Assembly: GCA_951406725.2 (NCBI GenBank)
Contig: OX597818.1
Span: 4,402,001 to 4,466,000, forward strand
DNA length: 64,000 nt
From: Octopus vulgaris
Lineage: Eukaryota
Reading direction: 5' to 3'
Position 1 is the stretch's first letter. The number at the start of each line of letters is the position of its first letter. Below the pieces are notes generated by a model. That model was not told the DNA's origin. It did no database searches and saw only the letters and a program-made list of their open reading frames with translations. Shown one piece after another: positions 54,503 through 64,000 of this stretch. The translations under genes were made by a program, and so were the position numbers.

Positions 54503-55839
54503 AAGAAAAAAGTTATTGAGGACGGGCTATCTCCCCTGGTTTCAAACTTTGACCACCTAAAACTACGCTGTGTTCTGGTCCCTATGGCTACTGAAAGATG
54601 TTCCATTCCAGTAACCATTCCCACGTACTATTTCGGTTTTCACAACACACACACGCACATAGACACAGACACACAAACACACCTGCACACACACATTGAC
54701 ACATGCACTTAAATACACACCCACAAAAACATGGACATATGTTGTGAGTTCTAGAATGGAGGTGATGGGATTAAATTTACTCCTTTACGTTTGTTTTAAT
54801 AATACATATTTCAGGCACATGAATATCAATGATTGTGTAATATTACAATATATTTCATGTGATCAATGGTCATCTCGTTAGACAAATGACACCCAGAAAT
54901 TTATGATGCATAGTTGCTAGGACCACAGAGGAAGTGAATCTTCTGATATGCAAATGAGAAATAGGCTAGAACGCTATTGAGAATAGAAATTAATTTAATA
55001 GCAGTAAATTAGGTTAGTAGCAAATCTTGACTATTTATTTTATAGTACCAGATGTTGTCTGTTGGAAAAGAAAAGTGCAATAATAGAACTTGAGTATCAG
55101 CATAAAAGGAGCCATAAATGTGCTAAGATGGATAAATCTTCAAAGAACAATGATAATGATGGATCAAGTAAAGGAATTTAAAGAAAATAAAAGAACATGT
55201 AAAAGAAAAGAAATAAGTATACAAAGAAAAAAGGCGAGAGTATGTTAAGTGGGAGGGGTTTGGGCATGTCACTCTTACAGGGGCTGACAGTTACAACTGA
55301 ATTTACATGTATGTGTAATGAAGAATTGTATAGCAAATATGATTGATAAGCAGAACTTATATTTTAGTAAAAAAGAAATAGTAATTGATATGTAAGAATT
55401 GATAATATTGAAAGAATGAATAAGAACTGTTTTATTCTGCAGTTTCTTTTTTGGCTGTACAATGCTGCAAACGAAAGCAGGTGGCAAAAGAACTCTCTGG
55501 TTTAACAAGAAAGTTTAAAATGTTACCCGAGGAAAGAATACTTACGAAGCTTGACTTGGAAACAAGTCTGTCTTTTGCACACAACAAAGACAGCAAAAAC
55601 GTCCAAGGCTAAGTCATGGAAGGACTTTGGGGGTAACCTCAGCTCTGACTTTAGATTGGCCAAAAAGTATTCTTCGTAACAAGAAGCCTTCCACACCTGC
55701 CATTAAGAACTCGGCTGGGGCTATTCTGTCTACAGTGAAGAGCATCTTTGGGAGTTGGAGAAAATGCCCTGTTGATCTAAATCCTCAAAAAAGGAGAGGT
55801 GGGTAAAAAAAAGCCAATCATGCTATTTTAAATTAATAA

Positions 55840-56230
55840 TAGTTTCAAATTTTGACTCAAAGCCAGCGATTTCGGGGGATAAGTTAATTATATCGACCCA
55901 GTACTTGACAGGTACTTTTTGATCGATCCTGAAAGGATGAAAGGCAAAACTGAATTCATCAGTGTTTGAACCGGAAGAAATACCGCATATCATAGTGTTA
56001 AATGCTATAACGTCTCTGATAATATATCATCTAATAATAATAATAATAATTCTATAGTTACAGGACCAGAAATTTAGAGGATGGGGCCCGTTGGTTATAT
56101 TGATGTCTGTACTTAATTGGTACTTTGTTTATCAACATTGGAAAGATGAAAACTCAGAAGATAAAATGTTGTAACTAAATATCATAAGGTAAATTTCTGA
56201 CGCTTCAACGATATCTGTCGGCTGCACACT
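55840..56230 (-). mobile_element. Two decayed copies of SINE family C
   Basis: ATCGACCC...GTACTT...GAAAGGATGAAAGGCAAA core shared with 60980-61380. Confidence 0.65.
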
Positions 56231-57347
56231 CACATTTTATATCAGCGTATGTATTTTTATATGATGATATTTCAGTTTACATTTTTGAATACTATTTTAA
56301 AAATAATTTATTGTAATATGCTTTTTATTTCGCTAACTGCTATTAAAAAAACATGACACAACAGTAGTACTAAGAGTAGTTGTAGTTTTAATAGGAAGTA
56401 GTACTGGTGTTATATCTTAAATTCTAACACTGATATTCAATATTATGGATACTATATTATCTATATGAAAATAATGTAAAATAAAATAAATAGTATACTT
56501 AATATTGCCAGACTTTGAAAAGAAAAGAAAAAAAAACAACGTAAGGATAGCTGTGTTAAAAATTAAGGAATAACCAGAAATAAGTGTTAAAATAGCAAGC
56601 AACAAGAATGGTTGCTTAGTTTTAAGATGTCCAGACCACTTGAGCAGTACTTCGGGCAAGTATCTTCCGCCATTGGTTGTAAATATAATTTAGCAGATAG
56701 AGAATTTATTCACCAACGCATACCATCTTTAAGCATCAGCAAGAGAAAGCGATAAATTGGTGCTTTTGAGCAAAGGCATTTTGTGCTATGGATTCTGACG
56801 GAGTTGCACAGATGCCTGCTTTCCATTTTTGCCATGTAAATTTGATGGACTAGTGAATGAACTTTTGGAAACCTATCATCACGATGCTGTTATGATAAAG
56901 AAATTTAACTGCAACAATTTAATAATGGTTATTTTTAGAGTTTTTTCTTTTTATACTATTTCTATTTATAAGAAAAAAAAATTATATTATAGAACTTATC
57001 TATATAACTAATTGCATATTTGTTACACTGTTGCTGCATTGCTATATATAATTACTGTAAGCAATGGAGTTTCTTTGACGTAGGTGCATGATCTGCCAGA
57101 AATAGCAAACATATCTCTTTTGCTCAAGCCTTTACATCTTAAAAAAGGAAACACATATTGGCTAATATAGCCTACACTTGAAAGTGGTTGAGATGATCAG
57201 AACTTGAACACCGTTGAGGTCTGTTCATTGAAGGTCTTCCTGCGATCAAACAATAACGATGACAATAACATGCAATATTACAACTTTACTTCCGAAATAC
57301 TGATTATCAGGGCTGCATCACTAGAACAGCACTCCGTTGACACTTAC

Positions 57348-57423
57348 CGCTTCATGCTGGCAATCAGTGCTGTCAACAAAATTATCACGAGACATGCGAG
57401 AATTACAATTCCAGCTATCAGTC
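57348..57423 (-). CDS. Transmembrane-helix exon of the unidentified type I membrane protein
   Basis: TTTTTCATTTTTCAG|GA CTG...AAG CG|GTAAGT. Encodes (G)LIAGIVILACLVIILLTALIASMK(R). 76 nt, phase 1 to 2. Confidence 0.88.
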
Positions 57424-57574
57424 CTGAAAAATGAAAAAAAAATATATGAGTTTAAAAATTTTCAGAGCATTAAAAAAAAAATAAATGGATGTGGTAATTT
57501 TACTCCAAACTATTACTTTTAAGAAATCTATAGAAATGATATCCATTGCAAACCTTCATTTCAATAAAAATATA

Positions 57575-58690
57575 AGGCATGGAATTTGGCATAGATAAAT
57601 GTGCAGCATTAGTCATAAAAAAGGAGCAGGTAGTCGCCAGTGAAGGCATGCAATTACAAGATGAACAGACATTAAAATCACTGAAAGAAGGAGGGAGTTA
57701 TAAGTATCAAGGAGTATTAGAATCTGACAGAGTACTAACTATGGAAATGAAAACAAAGATTGAGGAATACATTAGAAGGTGAGGAAGCTAATGAAGTCAA
57801 AACTAAATGATCCAGATCTAGTGAAGGCTGTAAATACTTGCGCAGTATCGTTACTTAGATATTCAGCAGCTTTTGTAGATTGGACCAAATATGAATTAGC
57901 AAAACTAGACAAAAGAACTAGGAAGGAATTCAGTATGAATGGAGGACTCCATCCAAGAGCAGGAGTAGCAAGATTATACTTACCTAGAATGGAAGGTGGA
58001 AGAGGGTTAATATCAGCAGAGTTAGCTAGAATAGATACAGCCTCCTTTAAGGACTAATTGAATACAAGCCAAGATAGACAAAAAACCAAGTAGATTCCCT
58101 TGTAGGTTATGCAAATCAAAAGAGGATAGTGTTGCTCATATAGTAAGTGAATGTAACATGCTGGCACAGAAAGAATACAAGAAAAGACATGACAACCTTG
58201 GGAAAGTAATCCACTAGAAGTTATGTAGAAAGCTAGGATTTGATCATATTGATAAATAGTAATAATAGAAAGTAAGAAATATAAGATATTGTGGGACTTT
58301 TGACCTTCAGACAGAATAATTGAAACTAGAAGGCCTGATTTAGTAGTAGTAGATTAAAAAAATAGAAAGTACCAGAAAGTCAATATGAGAAGTTTAAAGT
58401 ACCAGGGCCTGGCCATTGAGTTACAGAGACTAAGGAAAGTGCGGGTAAAATGAATCCCTGCAGCTATAGGTGCACTGGGAACTATTCCTAAAGATTTGAA
58501 CAGATGGATAGAGGAAATAGTCATAAAACCCAGTTTAGTAAAGCTCCAGAAAACAGTGTTGTTAGGGACAGCCAGGATACCTAGGAGGGTTCTTGGCATC
58601 TAAGGTCACTTGTAGCCTGATGCTAGGAATTTTTCTTTTCCAACAGTCTAATCTGTTGAGCGTATATGAAATGATGATGATGATGATAAT
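57575..58690 (+). mobile_element. Decayed R4/Dong-clade LINE 3' fragment (copy 1)
   Basis: MEFGIDKCA, YKYQGVLE, RLYLPRMEGGRGL, zinc knuckle and ILWDF...RPDLVVVD (RLE). Ends in (GAT)n/(AAT)n. Confidence 0.85.
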
Positions 58691-58699
58691 AACGATATG

Positions 58700-59935
58700 A
58701 AATAAAAGACAAAAAAAGAGTACCTGCGGCGAGTGAGAAAAATATTGACTTCAAAGCTGAGTGCCAGAAACATCATTTCGGCAATAAACTCGCACGCAGG
58801 TGCAGTAGTTCGGTATGGCGCTGGAATCCTGAAGTGGACAGAGGAGGAGCTAAAGGAGATGGGCAGGAATACAATAAAGTTCCTAACGATGCATGGAACT
58901 CATCATGCAGACATTAATCGCCTATACATGAAGAGAGCAAATGGAGGAAAGGGACTGCGTACGCATCAATCTCGAGTGATTAATGAGACACCTATTCCAA
59001 AGTAAGGAAACCTTGCTAGTGTCAGGAATGAGGGCGCATTGAAAGCAGAGAAAAATGGAAAATCAAAGGAAGAAATACAAAAAGGACATGGAGCATTACG
59101 CAACAATTCCATGTAGCCACAACAGAAATTGCTAGAAAACATAGGTAGGATTGGCTGAAGAAAGGAACATTGAAAAGAGAGACTCAGAGTACTATACTGG
59201 CAGCGCAAGACCAAGCTTTGGCCACGAATTGGAGGGTCAACCTTCAGAATGAGCAAGTGTCTCAGATGTGCCGTATCTGTAATAGAGTGTGCGAAACAAT
59301 TGCCCATATCACGAACGAATACCCTAAACTTGACCCAAATCACTATAAGTTGTGGCAATACAATAAAGTAGCTAAAGTACTACATTGGAAACTGTGTGAA
59401 AAATGGAGGCTAGAGAGAGGCAAGACGTGATATGTGCACAAACTGCTGGGAGTGGTGGAGTCGGAGACTTGCAAAATCCTCTGGGATTTCCCAATCCAAA
59501 TAGATCAGGGGCTAGAGCATAACAGACTGGACCTACTGGTGGTCGACAAGATGCAGCACATGTACAATATAGTTGATATTACATGCCCCTACGACCTATG
59601 AATAGTCAAGAAGAAAGGCGAAAAAATAGACAATTACAACTCTATTAAGTATGAAATAGCCCGGATATGGAAAATGAAGAAGGTGAAGGTAGTGTTTATT
59701 ATTGTTGGGTCCTTAGGAGCAGTATCTGAAGGTATCAAGAGGAATATAAAGAAAATTGGAATAGAGTGTCTAGTAGAACTTTTACAAAAGGTTTGCCTCC
59801 TTGGCATGGCTAGAATAACCAGAAAAGTATTATATAGCTGAAAAGAACAGATAACATAGTACCGTAGGCTTCAGGCAGCAAGCCCGCTACACAGCAGTTC
59901 CAACAAAATATGACAGAAAGAAATAATAATAATAA
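58700..59935 (+). mobile_element. Decayed R4/Dong-clade LINE 3' fragment (copy 2, different family)
   Basis: RLYMKRANGGKGL, AAQDQALAT, CRIC...ETIAHI and ILWDFPIQ...HNRLDLLVVDK. Ends in (AAT)n. Confidence 0.87.
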
Positions 59936-61380
59936 TCCTTTCTGCTATAGGTACAAGACCTGAAAATTTTTGGGAGGAAGCTTGTTGATTACACGGAGCC
60001 CAGTGTTTGATTGGTATTTATTTTATCAATCCCAAAAGGATGAAAGCAAAGTTGACCTCGACAGCATTTGAACTCGGATGAAATGCTGCTAAGAATTTTG
60101 ACTGCTGTGTTAACAATTCCGTCAGCTTGAATAATGATAATAATTTTTTTTATCAGAATGCCTGGGTTAATTAATCGACACCGTTGACTTCAGTACTTGA
60201 CTGGTACTTTATTTTATCGATCTTAAAGGGATGAAAGGCAAATGTTTGGCCTCGGTAGTATTTGATCTTCGAACGTAAACAATCATAAAACCCGCAAGTA
60301 ATTTCTGTCCAATGCTTTAATGATTCCATTAATTGAGTTCTCCGTTTACCATTAAAATAATTAAAACAAGGCAACACCAACGTCCTCTCAACGATTAGCC
60401 GGGGAGGATTTTTAAAATGAGAATATCTGAAATAAACTCGACGACTCTCCCAAACGAAAATACTAAAAATGAACACGACCACTCTCAAAAATTCAGTAAA
60501 AAAGGGGGATAATTATCCAGAATCCTTGCCCGGTACCGGATCGATCCTCAAATCTAATCAGTTCGTACCAGTAATGAGGCCAAACATCTCTGAAAGTTTC
60601 ATCCGAATCCTTCCAGCGGTTCTTGAGATATCTTGTCCACGGACAAACAAGCAATCAAACAAGCAAACGTGACTGAATACAATACATCTGCCTTCGCTAA
60701 GGCGAAAGTAAAAACTAAAAACTTACATAAGCCAAAACTATAGAAATGACAACAAAAATATATACTAGACAGCTAACATACACAGTAATTATTCTTTCTA
60801 ATTTCAGCAAAAGGTTAGCGATTACAACTGGTACTTAATTTTATCGACCCGAAAAGATGAAAGGCAAAGTCAATCGGCGAAATTTGAACTTAAAACGTAT
60901 AGCCAAAAGAAATGCCACTAAGATTTTTGTCCGGTGTGGGTAGATAACAATTCTATTATCTCGATATAAACAGTAATAATATTCCTTTCTACTGAAAACA
61001 CAAAGCCCGAAATTTTGGAGGGAGGGGTCTAGTCGATTACATCAGCCTCAGTGTCTACCGGTACTTAATTTATCGACCCCGAAAAGATGAAAGGCAAAAT
61101 CGACTTCGGCGGAATTTTAACCCAGAACGTGGAAACAGACGAAATACCTATTTCTTTACTACCCATAAGGGGCTAAACACAGAGGGGACAAACAAGGACA
61201 GACAAACAGATTAAGTCGATTACATCGACCCCCAGTGCGTAACTGGTACTTAGTTTATCGACCCCGAAAGGATGAAAGGTAAAGTCGACCCGGCGGAATT
61301 TGAACTCAGAACGTAACGGCAGACGAAATACAACTAAGCATTTCATGCAGAATGCTAGCAATTCTGTCCGCTTGCCGCCT
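59936..61380 (-). mobile_element. Cluster of SINE family C copies (~59936-60130, 60165-60330, 60790-60940, 60980-61380)
   Basis: Recurrent GGTACTTAATTTATCGACCCCGAAAGGATGAAAGGCAAAGTCGACC...GAATTTGAACTC (B box on the minus strand). Confidence 0.8.
60380..60712 (+). mobile_element. Possible Helentron-associated (HINE/DINE-1-like) non-autonomous element
   Basis: (CAAA)-like short repeats followed by the terminal stem-loop GCCTTCGCTAAGGC and an A run. Family assignment is by resemblance only. Confidence 0.4.
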
Positions 61381-61740
61381 TATAAACAGTAATAATATTA
61401 ACTATACATGATTACTGACGTTCTGTTACTCAAATTACCGATGCACCAGCAGTGCTTTTTGTCATACTAGAGATTACTTTGAAGTATACTCAAAGATTTT
61501 GACCGTCATTGTATTGGTAAATTTATCAAATACATTAAATAGATTAACTAGATACACGGAACAGTTTTAAAGGTCTTTCACATTTATTTTACCTCATCGT
61601 GGTCAGTAAGAGAGGGATCGGCTGGATGCCGTCATTTCTAGTTTAGCAACCTTCCAGAATACTCGTAATTGCAATTTGATGACAAATACAGCGAGTGATA
61701 AAAATAGAAGGTAAACCGAAATAGTAAGTTTCCACTTTAC

Positions 61741-61791
61741 CTGTGATAATTTCTTTGCCAAACATTCCAGGCTGCGAAGATACACTTGTGT
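61741..61791 (-). CDS. Juxtamembrane exon of the unidentified membrane protein; further exons lie beyond the window
   Basis: TTTTTTTCAG|AC ACA...ACA G|GTAAAG. Encodes xTSVSSQPGMFGKEIIT(G). 51 nt, phase 1 to 1, in frame with the TM exon. Confidence 0.75.
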
Positions 61792-62348
61792 CTGAAAAAA
61801 AGTGTGGAAAAAAATCGACATTACGAAACAATGTCATAAGTTAGATCGATACAGAGGAGATAATTTGTTTGGAAGAAAAACGGTTACTTTCTCAATCTCA
61901 TGAACTACAAAGAGTAGCTAGTTACAATAATTTCCCTTCGTACATATACATTTTGAGAACCAAAATTTGACTATTTTCCATTCCAATCCGAATAGTCTAG
62001 GACATAACATGCCCAACCAACCTCAGATAATTCGAGTAAGGGTATAGACATCAGTTTGCTAGAAGTATTAGACAAATCTCCCTCAAATCCAATAATACTG
62101 TCTTGAATTATACCTTGCCAAAAACAAGATAAGCGTGACTTGAACACCTTAATTATAGGTCTGTTCAATCAAGGCTGACCTGTGCCTAAATGATAACAAT
62201 AACTTTGCACGCATCAACAGCACAGTAGGACGAAACTAAAAAATCATTTTAAAATATTAATTCACCTACCAGATCAAAGCAACTAATGTGAAACTCATAA
62301 TTATGTCCACATAGAAACAGCACAGATTGTCACAAATAATCCAAAATA

Positions 62349-62422
62349 CAGTGGACTCAAGTAAATTCTAAAAATTCAAAGCTGAATATAAATTCAGCTT
62401 TAGAATTTACTTGAGTCCACTG
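62349..62422. repeat. 74-nt hairpin
   Basis: 24-bp perfect stem CAGTGGACTCAAGTAAATTCTAAA / TTTAGAATTTACTTGAGTCCACTG plus inner stem AGCTGAAT/ATTCAGCT. Confidence 0.85.
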
Positions 62423-63134
62423 AAGATAGATGTAATATTTTTTTAAATGCTCTATTGTCATACTGAAAAAAAATGCGCAAAATTGTTTCAGGGCAGATTG
62501 AAATATGGAGTATATATATGATGTAAAATCTATGGTTTGTATGCAAGAGCTCTGTAGATTCCCACTGTTCCTCATTATCTCTCTCTGCTTCACAAATTCT
62601 CATTCTCTTTCTCTCAACCTATTTTCGTATTAATATTTTCTATGCAACTACATATTCGGCAATCTCAGTATTTCTATCCTTTTCCGATGCCACTGTTCTA
62701 TAAATCAAGAGAGTTGCTTCAATCAAACAAACCATTCTCTTTCTTAGAGGGGAAGTTGAATTTTGAACGAAACTAAATAATAATCAGTTCTTTTGACTAC
62801 ATTATACTTGATGGTAAATTGAATATTTTGATATTTATTCCTTTCTAAACATTATTAGTGTTATAATTAAAATTAAAAATATTGGTTGGTTTACGTCTTC
62901 ATAACTCAGCAGCTCAGTAAAAGATACCGATAGAATAAGTACCAGACCTAAAAATAAGTACTGGGGTTGAGTCATTCGACTAAAATTCTTCAAGGTGGTC
63001 TCCCAAAATAGCAGCAATGAATGAATGACAGAAACAAGAAAAGGATAAAATGAGCCATTGGGATTCATCTGAAACAATAGATTGTGTTTACAATTAATGC
63101 AGACTTCGAAGAAGGGAATATTATTATCAGGGCC

Positions 63135-63345
63135 GTCAGCTAGCAGAATTGATAGCATACCGGATAAAATGTTTAACGGCATTTATTCCGGCTTTACGTT
63201 TTGAATTTAAATTCCGATGAGGTCAACTTTGCTTTTCATCCTTTCTGGGTCTCTAAAATAAATATCAGTGAAGTACTGGAGTTGATGTAATCGACCAACT
63301 CTCTTCCCTTAAAATTGTTGGCATTGTGCCAAAATTTGAAACATT
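63135..63345 (+). mobile_element. Decayed SINE family C copy
   Basis: AGCTAGCAGAATTGATAGCA...GAGGTCAACTTTGCTTTTCATCCTTTC...GATGTAATCGAC. Confidence 0.7.
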
Positions 63346-63361
63346 ACTATTAATTTTATTA

Positions 63362-63697
63362 TAAAAAGGTAATCTTGATTTCCAACTCAATGTGAAAGTT
63401 GTGTTAGAACACAGAATACTGCGTTATTTACCTTGAGAGAATCTCTCATAAGGACTCGTAAACCAAAATATGTTCAGTAGTGCGATAACAGCTGTTGGGA
63501 CCCATGACAGGTTGAAATCACATGACCTGGTAGTTCCGGCGGCCGTAGCAGACGATTCTCATATGTCAACTGCATAATTTCGTGTACTTTTGTGCACCAT
63601 AAGTCCTTATGAGAGATTCTCTCAAGGTAAATAATGTAGAATTCTGTGTTCTAACACAACCTCCATGTTCAGTTTGAGACCAAGATTACTTTTTGAT
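63362..63697. mobile_element. MITE-like element with ~95-bp imperfect TIRs
   Basis: 63363-63459 versus 63599-63694 (core TTATTTACCTTGAGAGAATCTCTCATAAGGACT); ~140-bp spacer. Confidence 0.75.
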
Positions 63698-64000
63698 ATT
63701 AATACTCATTCTGTTACTATAAATTCATTTTGTTATATTTGCATTTGAATGGACTTTTCAACTTACTTTTAAACTACCTCCTTATATATGCGATCTTGTA
63801 ACGATGTATGAAATTTTATTAATATCCCATATGTTCCTCTCTTTTCCGAAAAACAAATTCTATCAAATCCCATTCTAACGAATTTAACTCTTGTTCTTTC
63901 TTGAAGAATATACAGTGGAGAACGTACAAACACAAATTTACTTTCACCTACTTCTGACTCTTATAACTCCTTGACAAACAGTGGATATTTGTGGCCAAAT

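Overview
AT-rich, repeat-dense eukaryotic DNA. The SINE families and microsatellites suggest a cephalopod such as Octopus (inference). Two convergent, intron-rich host genes can be spliced together by hand. (1) The 3' half of RUVBL2/reptin lies on + (7 coding exons, 943-24535, all phases consistent, NAGNAG final acceptor). (2) The 3' end of an unidentified single-pass membrane protein lies on - (exons 61741-61791, 57348-57423 with the TM helix, and 41594-42239 with the cytoplasmic tail); a duplicated splice acceptor could give a tail-less isoform. The rest is nested transposon debris: piggyBac, CsRN1-type Gypsy, hAT, mariner, pogo/Tigger, RTE and R4/Dong LINEs, several SINEs, and many Penelope-like (PLE) pieces carrying minimal hammerhead ribozymes. 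Three items stand out. First, a palindromic tRNA-headed SINE ends in a hammerhead and shows a Penelope-type insertion signature, in two copies with TSDs and flip/flop centres. Second, a Gypsy gag-pro fragment is bounded by 144-bp inverted ends with a 4-bp TSD and splits a piggyBac transposase. Third, an intact-core hammerhead and an inverted SINE pair sit in RUVBL2 introns. All alignments were done by eye. TE boundaries are approximate unless a TSD or TIR is quoted.
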